DNA of 64,000 nt from a virus. Position numbers and translations under genes: made by a program. The stretch covers positions 32,196-96,195 of the IMG/VR virus record IMGVR_UViG_3300025769_014365. One strand, given 5' to 3'. Below are positions 39,923 through 49,925 of this stretch, one piece after another. Under the pieces are notes generated by a model. The model saw only the letters and a list, made by a program, of their open reading frames with translations. It was not told where the DNA came from and did not search any database. Within the stretch, counting starts at the first letter, position 1, and every line of letters starts with the position of its first letter.

Positions 39923-42900
39923 TAGTAACCTGCCCCACTACTGCCGGTCGTTGAACCGGAACCTGTTGTAGTAGAGCCTGATACCGCTGATCCTGTGGTG
40001 GTGTTGGTAGTGGCAGTTGATGTGGATGTGACAACAGTGCCAGAGGCCGCCAATTGGTTGGCTCCCAGTGCACTAATGATTGTGACATCATCAACGGTGG
40101 CCCCACTGATGAAAATCTCGTCTGCCGCCGAGTCTATCTGGAACAAGGACCCAAAACCCTGTCCCGACTGGTTTGGAACTATGACTGCGGTCAGTAGGTC
40201 CGGTGCCAGCTGGTTGTGTATGTAGGCGGCAAGTTCCGTGAAGTAAAAAGTATCTCCGAAATCCCAGTTGTCCAATGCGAAGAATTCGTTTATGGCGGCT
40301 ATTACCCTGGTCTTGATAACAGAATCCGTGACATTGGTTTTAGGATTTTTGACTACCTTGAACGTGGCCTGCAGTTCCTCGTCGGCTTGTGTCCCGAACA
40401 ATATCTTGTATTTGACCGGATGGTATATTATCTGGTCAGAAAGTGATTTGAGTGGATTCAACACGCCTGAATAGTTTATCCTCAACTGGTCCTGTGTAGA
40501 AGTTGCTGGTTTCGTGCCACCATCCTGTAGCCATATCCTGAATAGGTTATCGTATGTCCTCTCCAGAAGATAAATGTCCACGATGTTGCTGACGCTTGGG
40601 TCTATACGAGTCTCCTGTCCTGCGAAATGCTTGTATTGGAAACTGATCGAGCTCCTGCCGCGCCTTGCTATGTAATCTGTTGTAGTGGAAAGAGTATTGG
40701 TTGTGGCGCTGTATACTTTTATCACATCCTCGTCTGAGGCGTAGAAGTAGAACAACTGTCCGTCCGTGTAGGTGGCAGTGTTTAGGTCGATGTCCGTTTC
40801 GTTCTCAGTGACCACGAAGTTTGTGGCGGCGTATGGTCTGAATCTCTCAATGTTGTCGTAGGAAGTGTACTTCTCAAAGAACACGAACTTGGTGCTCTCG
40901 GACAGCGTGGGTTCCACCACTATGTCAAATATGTCAGGGTTGTCGACCACTCCGTCATCGTCGTCATCATAGAATCCCACTTTGACCTTCCTGTTGTCCT
41001 GGAAGCCGTCCGCTTCTGTGACGGTGTCCACCACCTGCCAGGTTATGGGATAGCCTATGCTGTTGCCCGTTGACACGATGCTGTTTGTCTTCAAGATCTT
41101 CACTGTGTCCTTAACGCTACGTCCTGTCTGGTAGTCGTATATCCTCTCCTGCGCATCAAAGTGGAACTTGTTCTGAGATTCTGATTCAAAGATGTAATCC
41201 AGTCGCCTGTAGGTCACCGTGTAGGTGTTACCATCGTTCGTGAATTTGAACCACCAGCTGGCGTCAAGATTTGTGCCAGATGCGCTACCGGTGTTTGTCA
41301 GACTGAACACAGCACTGGTGCTTAGGTTGGTTGATGTTATCACCTTCCAGGTCTCTGTGTCCACGTCATATCTCAGACCAAACTCCTCGTAGGCCTCGAT
41401 CCTGTCGATGATGTCCGCTTCTAACGTTGCCGAGAATGAAGTTGTGAAATTGGGTATGACCGCATTGAGCACTGCGCCGTTTGGTATTATGTCGTTTAGA
41501 GTGATCGGCCCCTGTCCTGATTCTAAATTTCCCAGTCCGCCGTTGGCACCGTCCAGTACCACCGCGCCTATCTTGGCCCATGCCCTGTCTTCTGCGTTGT
41601 CAGTGCCTGCCGTGACCAGTGTTCCATTTAGGAATTTCCTGCTGTCTGGTGACGTGAATTTTATCAGCGCACCTGGCTTGGCGAATTTCAAATTTGATGT
41701 GGCGTAGTCACCCACGACCAAAGCACCACCCGAAGTAAAGTATCCGGTGTTGGTGTTGGTTGAAGTTGTGGTGGAATTCCACGTGGCGGTCAAAGTGCTC
41801 AGGTCCTTGGTACCGTACTTGAGATAGTAGAACTGCCTGGCGTATGCTTCTTTCAACTTGGCCTCAACGGAAGTGTCTATCGTGGTTTGGATCTCGCTCC
41901 TGTTGTTGAACGTGAATGTGAACTGCTGGGTGCTCTCCTCCCTGTACAGTATGCCGTCCTCTGCGAACACCGAAACGTTTGAGTACGCACCAGTGGGGTC
42001 TAAAATTTCTTTGGCCCTCGAAATACCCGACGCTGACCTGTTGACCGATCTCACTTTCACTATCTCCTGTGATGCACTCAAAGGTACCACTTGGTAGTCC
42101 TCCGCTGTGATCATCCTGTTCTGTGAGTAGTACACCTGTGCGGCCTTTTCCCTGATACTGTCGTTGGATTCAGTGGCCGCCGCGTTGTACACGCTGGCCT
42201 TGAGGCTCATCGCTATGGTCAGGGTCTGTTGTGCGCCGTTGGCGTCCGTGTATGGAACCGCGACCTGAATGTTCTGCATGTCAGACGGCTGTATGGCGTA
42301 CTTGGCATTGTCACTGATCCTGTGGTAGGTCCTGAAAGAACCCAGTGGTAGGTTAGAGAAATTTCCGTCACCGAACACTAGGTCCACGGCGTCGTTGTTC
42401 TTTGTGACCACGTTGTAGATGTTTCTCTCCGATTCCGCCAGTGAGTTGTAGATGGCGTTGTTGCCTGAGAGTGCGGGCACCTTGGCCCACTTTTCCGCTA
42501 TCTGGCCGAACTGGTCTAACTTATAAAGCCACACGTCTGAGTCGTTGATGTTGGATGCGGCTATGGATCTCACGTAGTTGGTCACCGCCGTGTCCACCGT
42601 GAAGTCCGCGTACTGCATCGTGCCCTGTTTGAACAGGAAGAAGAATCCAGTGTTGTTGCTACTGTCGCCCGCACCGTCTGACCTGTAGGTGTAGGTGAGC
42701 CCCGTGCCCGGTATGGGATCTGACTCGTAGATGGAATCTGAATTGTTTATGGTCGAAGGCACTATCTCGAATGTCCTGCTGATGCCACCCACTGACTTGA
42801 CATACTTGAACAGGGGTAGGTCCGTCTGATTGGAACTGAGCGTGTAGACCTCCGTGTCTATGCCGCCTATGGATCCCGACTCCCTGGGATTGCCGAACAG

Positions 42901-43404
42901 TTGTCCGGTCTGGTTCGCGGCGTTCAGTACGGCCGTGAACTGTTCTCTGTAGTTGGAGTTGGCGGAATCATTCCACACTATTGTCTGTGTGGCCAGGTTT
43001 GTTCCTGTGCTGTCTAATACGTCCTGTGTGGTTGATATTGAATCAATTTTAAGGAGTCCGGTTGCTGGTTTGTTTCTTTTGGCGTTGTAGTTGATCAACC
43101 TCGCCAACCTAAGGACTGAATTTCTCCTCTCCGCGGTCTCTAGGAAGTTCTCCCTGGCGTTTAGGTCCACCCTGAAACTTAATGCCTGTGCTATGTAGGC
43201 TATTAGGTCTATGAGGGCAACGTACTCCGAGCTCTCAACGAAGTCGTTGAAATCATCTGGATAGTTCTCCCTTAAATAGGCCACCATGGTCCTTCTCAGC
43301 GTCTCGAAGTCGTAGGATTTGAAATCTGCCTGTTGGAATGCCTGGTAGATCTTCCTCCAATCTTCCGCGACTAGTAATCTATTTTGTCTGTCTGTAGTGG
43401 CCAT
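39922..43404 (-). CDS. gp6: baseplate wedge subunit, T4 gp6-like
   Basis: DFETLR...YL...DFND..SS....LID, ENFLETA..RNSVLRLA.LINY, FGDG, ES.DSIR..A...Y.SQNRMITAEDY. Confidence 0.85.
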   Translation of the reverse strand: MATTDRQNRLLVAEDWRKIYQAFQQADFKSYDFETLRRTMVAYLRENYPDDFNDFVESSEYVALIDLIAYIAQALSFRVDLNARENFLETAERRNSVLRLARLINYNAKRNKPATGLLKIDSISTTQDVLDSTGTNLATQTIVWNDSANSNYREQFTAVLNAANQTGQLFGNPRESGSIGGIDTEVYTLSSNQTDLPLFKYVKSVGGISRTFEIVPSTINNSDSIYESDPIPGTGLTYTYRSDGAGDSSNNTGFFFLFKQGTMQYADFTVDTAVTNYVRSIAASNINDSDVWLYKLDQFGQIAEKWAKVPALSGNNAIYNSLAESERNIYNVVTKNNDAVDLVFGDGNFSNLPLGSFRTYHRISDNAKYAIQPSDMQNIQVAVPYTDANGAQQTLTIAMSLKASVYNAAATESNDSIREKAAQVYYSQNRMITAEDYQVVPLSASQEIVKVRSVNRSASGISRAKEILDPTGAYSNVSVFAEDGILYREESTQQFTFTFNNRSEIQTTIDTSVEAKLKEAYARQFYYLKYGTKDLSTLTATWNSTTTSTNTNTGYFTSGGALVVGDYATSNLKFAKPGALIKFTSPDSRKFLNGTLVTAGTDNAEDRAWAKIGAVVLDGANGGLGNLESGQGPITLNDIIPNGAVLNAVIPNFTTSFSATLEADIIDRIEAYEEFGLRYDVDTETWKVITSTNLSTSAVFSLTNTGSASGTNLDASWWFKFTNDGNTYTVTYRRLDYIFESESQNKFHFDAQERIYDYQTGRSVKDTVKILKTNSIVSTGNSIGYPITWQVVDTVTEADGFQDNRKVKVGFYDDDDDGVVDNPDIFDIVVEPTLSESTKFVFFEKYTSYDNIERFRPYAATNFVVTENETDIDLNTATYTDGQLFYFYASDEDVIKVYSATTNTLSTTTDYIARRGRSSISFQYKHFAGQETRIDPSVSNIVDIYLLERTYDNLFRIWLQDGGTKPATSTQDQLRINYSGVLNPLKSLSDQIIYHPVKYKILFGTQADEELQATFKVVKNPKTNVTDSVIKTRVIAAINEFFALDNWDFGDTFYFTELAAYIHNQLAPDLLTAVIVPNQSGQGFGSLFQIDSAADEIFISGATVDDVTIISALGANQLAASGTVVTSTSTATTNTTTGSAVSGSTTTGSGSTTGSSGAGY

Positions 43405-43446
43405 ACTGTTTGTACGGATATTTATGTGATAGATTATCTACGTATA

Positions 43447-43863
43447 TTAAGATAGACGAAGCAGTGAGTTCTCGTCGAAACTGAACCTCAGTTTCTCCGT
43501 GATGTTGAGTGGCACGTAGGTTATAGTGGCCTGTATGGCTATGCCCTTGTCCGCCTCTGTGACCGTGATGTCCTGCGTTGAGATCCTGGGATCCGCGTTG
43601 AGATTCTGCGTGATGTCCTCCACAATGGCATCCTTGAGTGCCTCCGTGAACGGCTCGAAAAGGGCATCGTATATTATGGTTCCGAACTCGGGATTCTCCA
43701 CCCGCTCGCCCTTGCGCACTGACAGCCTGTTGATCAGATCCTGTTTGGCCACCTCGAAGTCGTACAGTTTGAAGTTCTGACGGTCTGCGCGACTGCTGAA
43801 ACCCTTGAAGGTCACTGTCTTGTTGCTCAATCCGTTGTCTGATCCGTTGTCCCCGTATGCCAT
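43447..43863 (-). CDS. gp25: baseplate wedge subunit, T4 gp25-like
   Basis: KQDLIN....KGER..NPEFGT.I.D.LFEP...DPR. Confidence 0.9.
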   Translation of the reverse strand: MAYGDNGSDNGLSNKTVTFKGFSSRADRQNFKLYDFEVAKQDLINRLSVRKGERVENPEFGTIIYDALFEPFTEALKDAIVEDITQNLNADPRISTQDITVTEADKGIAIQATITYVPLNITEKLRFSFDENSLLRLS

Positions 43864-46445
43864 TAGTGTATCCTCCTGAACTCCACGTCGACCTTGCTGT
43901 AGTCAACCATGTAGTACCCCGTGTCGGTCATTGTGCTGGCCCATGGCACCTCCTGTGCCATAACACCCTGCCACGTGCCCGACGTGTGCTTGTATTTAAA
44001 CTCGTAGATGTTGATTCCCGATGGGGACTTACCAATCAATCTGATGTCTTCCTTCAATCTCACGTCACTGAATCCACTGAAGAAATTTCCTATGGCCTTG
44101 CCCACGGATGAGCCTGCTATTGATTTGAACACTGTGGACTGTCCTATCTTGATGCCCAGGTTGGTGAATGCGCCCACGGTTCCGCCACCCCTTACGATGT
44201 CCTGCGCACTGGCGCCACCCAGTCCCGCAAGGAAACCAGATGCGCGTCCTTTGAGTGCGGATATGGCAGTGGACTGTATAGATGATGTGACCTGTCCCGC
44301 CACCACGTTCTTGAACACGTTGGTAGTGGCCTTGAGGTCACCCGCCGATGCGATGTTGGCGATGTTGATGTTGCCCGTGATTCCAGATATGTCTATGCCA
44401 CCGATGTTTTTGACGGTGCCCTGTCCTCTGGCCAAATCTCTGGCGGACAGATTACCTGTTGATAGTTTGTTCAGTGCGCTCTTGGCCGTGTTGGCCAGTG
44501 ATTGACTGCCCACGTCTGTGGCAAATCCCTTGAAGTCACCTGAGAACAACTTGGTTTTGTTACCTAAGGCGAACAGTTCTCCAGCCTGGTTCACGAACAC
44601 GTTGTCCTTGAACAGTTCAGCCACGTCAGATCCTGTGACAGTGTCTATGACCTGGTCCGCCAGTTTCTTGGTCTGGTTGTTGAGCACATCCGACACGGAG
44701 TCAGACACTTCGAATCCCTTGAACTGGTTGCTGATGCTGGCCGCGGTGTCCCACTTGCCCCTGGCCCCGTTTAATATGTCATAGTCCTTGTCATAATTCT
44801 TGACAACTTCCGCCAGTATCTGTCTGGCCTTGACCGGGTCAGTGGATGTGCCCATCCCTTCCTTAAGTTCTCTCTCCATGTCTGCCTGTGCCTGTGCCTT
44901 TCTTGTGGGAGGATGCGGCGAAAGCCTGTTTCTCTGTTCCATGTACTCCACTGTGCCTGGGGTATTGGCCAGCCTATACCAGGCCTTCCTGTTGTCCGCA
45001 CCGCCTGTGGGCAGTGCGCCCTCCGAAGAAAATCCCCGGAACCGCGGCATTGGCTCGTGTGTAACGAACCTGTAAACTGTCGTGGAAGTCTGTGCGGTGA
45101 AAGGCCTCAGTGGCTCTATGCCCTTCTTGACCAACTCCACGTCGCCCTCCTGTCTCTCAGTCATACCCGCGGCGTCCGTGTCCAACCACTTAGGTCCCCA
45201 GGTGTCGCTGGCTCCTGTTGAGTTAAAGTGCACCTGTGCGCCCGCCAGGTGTATCTGTCCCGCCGCGCCGTGCAACTGCTGTCCGTCCGTGTATGAGGTC
45301 AATCCGTCCCTGGCGTAGTCCCTTATGCTTCCTTTCTGTGAGCTGTTGAACATGCCCTTCTCTGCCAGGTTCAACATGTAGGTGCCCGCCGACTTGACAA
45401 TCTCGTTGGTGGCGCTCATCCTGATCTGGCCCGAGGCGTGCATGTTGATGTTGGCGTCCGAGTGCAGGTTGAAGTCACCCTGCGTCCTCATGTTGATTCC
45501 GCCAATGCCGGAGTACACGTCTATCCTGCCCTCGCGGTCCATCTCTATCCAGGCGTTTCCCGATCCGTTGGCTATGTACACCACACCTTCCGTGTCGTGC
45601 ATCAGCAGTTGGTGTCCTGAAGCGGTCCTCAATCTGGTAAGTTGATTTGTGCCGTCCGCGGCACCGTCGTCCATCACGAACGTGTGACCTGACAGCCTGT
45701 CCACTATAGCCGTTGCCTCGGCGTCGTCTGTGCTGACCTTCTGTGGGGTTGAACCAGGATTCAACCTACCAGGGGTGCTCATGCCGAAAACTTGGCTGGG
45801 CGCTTCCCTTTGCGCTGAGGACGTGGTGTTTCCCCTGACATCATCCGCACTCAGACCTTGTCTGAGCAAGGTGTCCGCCAATGGGTGTATCGGCTTGTTT
45901 TTGTTTTTATAATTGATCTCGTCTACTCCGGAAAACCTGTTGACCTCACCCGCGGGGAGGTTGCTAGAACCATAATCCTCTGTGGGGTCTTGGTTAAGAT
46001 CGTCTTTGACTTTGTTTGAAGACGCTATGCCCGGTGTCATGTGGTTTGTCAGTGGTTCCTGAACACAACCTATCCAGAATGCCTGTTCCATCTTGCCCTC
46101 TGCCAGTATCACTAGTACCCTGGTCTCTAGGTCAGGTGGCACCGCCCAGAAGCCGTAAGAGAACTGTGAGTCCGTGTGCTTGGTCCCTGGCTTGACGTGC
46201 CTCAATCCCTTGTTGCCATAGAACGGTGACAGGTAGTCGCAGTCGATGAGACCATCGAACTCGGACTTGTACGTGCCCCTCAGTGACGGGATCAGCACCT
46301 TGAGCCTACCGGCGCGCAGTGGATCCTTGTTGCCCTTCACTATGCCCACGTAGGGTCCGGGGAATATGTTACCCCAGTCCTGATTGATCTTGGGTGACCT
46401 GGGTGTTGAAGCATCTCCTTTGAGGTAATCGTGCAGTCCCGCCAT
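43863..46445 (-). CDS. baseplate hub/spike protein (gp5/VgrG-like OB fold and beta-helix) with C-terminal peptidase S74-like chaperone
   Basis: G.V..NKDP..GRLKV.IP, GFW.VPP....VLV, GH.FVMDD, RT.SGHQ.L.HD; C-terminal SDVRLKEDI...IYEFKY...GVMAQEV. Confidence 0.75.
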   Translation of the reverse strand: MAGLHDYLKGDASTPRSPKINQDWGNIFPGPYVGIVKGNKDPLRAGRLKVLIPSLRGTYKSEFDGLIDCDYLSPFYGNKGLRHVKPGTKHTDSQFSYGFWAVPPDLETRVLVILAEGKMEQAFWIGCVQEPLTNHMTPGIASSNKVKDDLNQDPTEDYGSSNLPAGEVNRFSGVDEINYKNKNKPIHPLADTLLRQGLSADDVRGNTTSSAQREAPSQVFGMSTPGRLNPGSTPQKVSTDDAEATAIVDRLSGHTFVMDDGAADGTNQLTRLRTASGHQLLMHDTEGVVYIANGSGNAWIEMDREGRIDVYSGIGGINMRTQGDFNLHSDANINMHASGQIRMSATNEIVKSAGTYMLNLAEKGMFNSSQKGSIRDYARDGLTSYTDGQQLHGAAGQIHLAGAQVHFNSTGASDTWGPKWLDTDAAGMTERQEGDVELVKKGIEPLRPFTAQTSTTVYRFVTHEPMPRFRGFSSEGALPTGGADNRKAWYRLANTPGTVEYMEQRNRLSPHPPTRKAQAQADMERELKEGMGTSTDPVKARQILAEVVKNYDKDYDILNGARGKWDTAASISNQFKGFEVSDSVSDVLNNQTKKLADQVIDTVTGSDVAELFKDNVFVNQAGELFALGNKTKLFSGDFKGFATDVGSQSLANTAKSALNKLSTGNLSARDLARGQGTVKNIGGIDISGITGNINIANIASAGDLKATTNVFKNVVAGQVTSSIQSTAISALKGRASGFLAGLGGASAQDIVRGGGTVGAFTNLGIKIGQSTVFKSIAGSSVGKAIGNFFSGFSDVRLKEDIRLIGKSPSGINIYEFKYKHTSGTWQGVMAQEVPWASTMTDTGYYMVDYSKVDVEFRRIH

Positions 46446-48628
46446 TAGTTCCTTCCTATGTTAAATTTTGCTTTTAATAGTTTTATCTTGCCTTCGAGAT
46501 ATGATGAAAATTTTTCTTTGATCAACGACACCTCATTGACGTACTCCGCCTTGGGCACCAGTTTGTCAAACGTGTCCACGTGTGGGTTTGGCCTCACGAA
46601 AGTGGCGGCCTGCGGTGCGTAAGGCTTGTCGCCTTGGTTGTTGAATCTGACCAACTGTAGTTCCTGTATGAACTTACCGTCCTCGAACATGTTGTCCACC
46701 TGCACGACACGGTAAAGTCCGGAGAACGCTATCTGCTCGTCCTTGGCCAGCTCGTACACTCCGGTCTTGTCGTTGATGTCTGTTGGTGATCTGAAATTGA
46801 GTTTGATTATGGGATCACCGAATCCCATGTTGAAGTTGCCGTATATCTCGTTCCAAACATCACGGTTCCCCTGTGAGAACGCCAGTTTCTTGCGATTGCT
46901 CTCCAGCACGTTTCCACGCCTAGCGGTCGTTGGTATGAACTGAGACTGTCCCAGGTATGCGGGATCTCCCAGTATGCTCATCCTCACGAACACCATGTCC
47001 GCGGTTGGGTTGGATAAAGCGTCCAATCTTTGATCCAGTTCCGTGGCGTTGCCCTTGTTGATACCACTGGTCACTGATGTGGTTGTCCCCACTTCAGACT
47101 GGTGTATGAATGATGGATCCCTGAATGCGTCCTTGGTCGCGGGATCGTCCACTTCCACGTCAGGCTCATTCTCTCCCAGCGTCTTGGAGAACCTGTCCGA
47201 TGCACTCTTGCCCTGTATGTCCTTGAGTCGTGTCTGGAAGTAGGCCACCCTGTAGTTGATGTTGAGGTCCAGTATGTCCAGGTTGTCGCCGGTGAAGATG
47301 TAGTTGTAGGTCTTCTTGACGAACTGCTCGAAGTTGGTGCCTGTGCTGGATCCTGGATCGGCGAGAGCGTAGGCGTGTATCTTGTAGGGCACGATGTTGT
47401 ATATAATCTTCCTAGGGTGTTTGCCCCTGATCCTGTCGAATCTGGACGAGTCTGGTATCACGCTGGATTCTATGAAGAAATAGTTGAAGTACATGTCCTC
47501 GGGTTTGATGTTCTTGCCTGATTTCTTGATCTTGTTGTCGAACTCCTCCAGTGAGCGTTGCCTTTGGAACCGAGGAAGTGATTTCATCAGTTCCGTCATT
47601 ATGGTCAGCAGGCTGTCGTTCTGTTTGACCTGACCGGCCTTCTTGAGTATGGCGTTCTCCCTGGCGTCACTCTGTCCACCCACACCTATGTCACCCATGC
47701 CCAGTCCCTGTGCGGTGGCCTGCTCCTGAGCGAATTCTGGGTCAACGATGATCTCGTATGTGTCCGGTATCTCCACCAAGGACTGCTTGGATTCGTCCTC
47801 CGTCTGCCTGTTCATTATGGCGGCCAGGCTGTCCATGGTGTCCTGGATGCTGTTGCCCTGCTTGATCACACCCGAAGTCCTCAGGTATATGTGGTGGTTC
47901 ACAAAGCCGTGCTCGTTCATGGGCACTGCCTTGACCGAATAGGTGGTGCCACCCTTGTTGACGTCCAGTTCCATGTTGACCAGTTTTATCGGTATCTTCC
48001 TCTTCAGCATCTGTTGGTCCGCTTCCGGTATCGGCTTGCCGAACTCATCAAATCCCCTGAATTCCATTGTGAGCATGTAGGGTGCGCTGATGTGGTCCAG
48101 GTAGTTGCAGTTGGCGGCGGCGCCGCGTATCTTGTCCAGTAGGCTGATGCCCATAGGCTCCACTATGTCCATCTCTATGGTTGTGACTGATGTCAGCCTA
48201 CGCTGTGCGTTGAGGCTGGGCACGTTCAACATCCTTACCTTGGAGAAGTACAGGTCCCTGCCCCTGCGCAGGTTCTCCCGTGCGTCTCGCAAAGATTCGG
48301 TGGCCCTGTCTGACTTCAGTATCGCCTTGTTCTCCGCGGATAGGTTATCCGTGGGGTTGGGATTGCCTATGCCCGAGCTCCTGACGATGATGTCGTGCTC
48401 GGTGCCTTTCAGCAGTGTCTGTGGATCCTCCAGTTCCGCCTGCGTGAGCGCACTCAGTGTGAATATAACATTGTAACTGGCGTACTTGAACAGGGGGTTT
48501 GGCACGTTGTTGGGATAGTCCTCCACGCTGGGTTTCTTAGTCGTCTTCTTGCTGGCGAAGGTGTCGTCGTAGTCGTAGGCGGGACTGTAGGTCACGTGTG
48601 GATTGTTGCTATAGACTTTGTTGGCCAT
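46445..48628 (-). CDS. baseplate hub-like tail protein (gp27/GpD-like)
   Basis: Position between the gp53-like and spike genes; ILGDP.YL and FSGLY.V..V...F..GKF.Q.L motifs. Confidence 0.6.
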   Translation of the reverse strand: MANKVYSNNPHVTYSPAYDYDDTFASKKTTKKPSVEDYPNNVPNPLFKYASYNVIFTLSALTQAELEDPQTLLKGTEHDIIVRSSGIGNPNPTDNLSAENKAILKSDRATESLRDARENLRRGRDLYFSKVRMLNVPSLNAQRRLTSVTTIEMDIVEPMGISLLDKIRGAAANCNYLDHISAPYMLTMEFRGFDEFGKPIPEADQQMLKRKIPIKLVNMELDVNKGGTTYSVKAVPMNEHGFVNHHIYLRTSGVIKQGNSIQDTMDSLAAIMNRQTEDESKQSLVEIPDTYEIIVDPEFAQEQATAQGLGMGDIGVGGQSDARENAILKKAGQVKQNDSLLTIMTELMKSLPRFQRQRSLEEFDNKIKKSGKNIKPEDMYFNYFFIESSVIPDSSRFDRIRGKHPRKIIYNIVPYKIHAYALADPGSSTGTNFEQFVKKTYNYIFTGDNLDILDLNINYRVAYFQTRLKDIQGKSASDRFSKTLGENEPDVEVDDPATKDAFRDPSFIHQSEVGTTTSVTSGINKGNATELDQRLDALSNPTADMVFVRMSILGDPAYLGQSQFIPTTARRGNVLESNRKKLAFSQGNRDVWNEIYGNFNMGFGDPIIKLNFRSPTDINDKTGVYELAKDEQIAFSGLYRVVQVDNMFEDGKFIQELQLVRFNNQGDKPYAPQAATFVRPNPHVDTFDKLVPKAEYVNEVSLIKEKFSSYLEGKIKLLKAKFNIGRN

Positions 48629-48629
48629 G

Positions 48630-48929
48630 TTACAATCCTAGGTCTCTGAGCACGTTCTCCTTCTTGGGCAACTGGACAGTAACCCCTGGACGGAAATCGT
48701 ATATAGGATCCTCTATCTGATCTGGATTACGCTGTGCGAACACCCACCACAGCCTTGGCGTGCCGTAGAGGTCATAGGCCAACAGATCAGGCCTGTAGGC
48801 GTATGTTCGTTCTATTGTGTATGATTGGTCGTCGTCCTCAGCCGTGATGGTCCTGGGATTGAGCACGTCCAGGTACTCAGACTGCTCCTGTGTTTCAAAG
48901 TAAGGTGAGGTGTTGGAATATTTTGCCAT
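48630..48929 (-). CDS. gp53: baseplate wedge protein, gp53/LysM-like
   Basis: YRPDLLAYDLYG...LWWVFAQRNP. Confidence 0.8.
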   Translation of the reverse strand: MAKYSNTSPYFETQEQSEYLDVLNPRTITAEDDDQSYTIERTYAYRPDLLAYDLYGTPRLWWVFAQRNPDQIEDPIYDFRPGVTVQLPKKENVLRDLGL

Positions 48930-49774
48930 TAGATGAACCCTACCTCGTTGGTGCCCTTGCCGTTGAGTTCACCCCTGACGAATTTCTTCATTGAGAAGTT
49001 CTTCACAGATTCCCTGCTGTAGATCGGAGTAACCAGTACCGATATGTTGGACAGCGTGGGCGCCCAGGTCTGGTCTATGCTGTTGGGGTCAAAGTTGATC
49101 TGGTTCCTCACAGGACTTGGCCTGAACTTTCCGGTATCCTGGTACACAGAATCCTGTTTGGTTGATATGTAGTCGATGCCGGGTCGCAGTTCCACGTTGA
49201 AGGTGTTGATCACAACCGGAACCTTCTGGAACATGTGATCCCCGTAACCTGATAGGTGCAGTATTGGCGGAGGATTACCTTTTAATCCATTGAGCCCTTC
49301 GTCTGAGCCAAAGAACATCTTGGTCGCTGTCCTCAGGAAGTTTACCGTGGCCACCCAGTGCGCCGCGTCCTGTTGGTTCTGTACTGGGAACTCACCTATG
49401 ATGTTCATTGAGTCCACCTGCGAGGCACTGTAGGCCTGGTGTGGATAGTTGCTGTGCGTCATTGACATGGCGTCATAGTTGGCCGAATGCTGGATCACCA
49501 CAGCCGGAGTCAGTGGCCAGAATATACCTTCTGCATCCTTCAATGGTGCCAGTATCGGATTGTTGGTGAAGTCAAAGAACTGTCTCAGCGGCCCGTCCGG
49601 TACCTGTAGCCTCACGCGCCAATCACGCTTGTCGTTCCTGCCTGACCACTTGGCCCTGGCGTTGACTATTCTCGAATCTGTGGAGATTCCTGCACCGAGT
49701 AATCTTCCCAGGGTACGGTTGAATATGCCCTGTCCGACATCTTTTATCACGTTACCAATCGTGCGTTCAGCCAT
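48929..49774 (-). CDS. baseplate/tail-tube initiator protein (gp48/gp54-like)
   Basis: IFWPLTP, A.YD, FL...TKMFFG, PPPIL.L.GYG..F..VPVVI..F. Confidence 0.6.
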   Translation of the reverse strand: MAERTIGNVIKDVGQGIFNRTLGRLLGAGISTDSRIVNARAKWSGRNDKRDWRVRLQVPDGPLRQFFDFTNNPILAPLKDAEGIFWPLTPAVVIQHSANYDAMSMTHSNYPHQAYSASQVDSMNIIGEFPVQNQQDAAHWVATVNFLRTATKMFFGSDEGLNGLKGNPPPILHLSGYGDHMFQKVPVVINTFNVELRPGIDYISTKQDSVYQDTGKFRPSPVRNQINFDPNSIDQTWAPTLSNISVLVTPIYSRESVKNFSMKKFVRGELNGKGTNEVGFI

Positions 49775-49784
49775 GTGTTATAGG

Positions 49785-49813
49785 TTGCTTTCCATAGTAA
49801 AATTCTGTATACT
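49785..49813 (+). promoter_or_regulatory. sigma70-type promoter for the late sigma gene
   Basis: TTGCTT (49785-49790), 17-nt spacer, TATACT (49808-49813). Confidence 0.65.
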
Positions 49814-49820
49814 TAGACTA

Positions 49821-49828
49821 TATTTATA
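49821..49828 (-). promoter_or_regulatory. T4-type late promoter TATAAATA heading the baseplate operon
   Basis: Exact T4 late consensus on the minus strand, upstream of the 49774 start. Confidence 0.75.
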
Positions 49829-49925
49829 GGCACAATTTTAGGCGCACTTAATTACTCTAGCGGCACGATTCTAACAGACCTGTTTGTGGTCACTTTACAC
49901 TACATTATATAAAGCAAAGGAATTT

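Noticed and set aside
43379-43906. 175-aa ORF overlapping gp25 on the same strand
   Set aside because: The alternative frame 43447-43863 has clear gp25 motifs; this one has none
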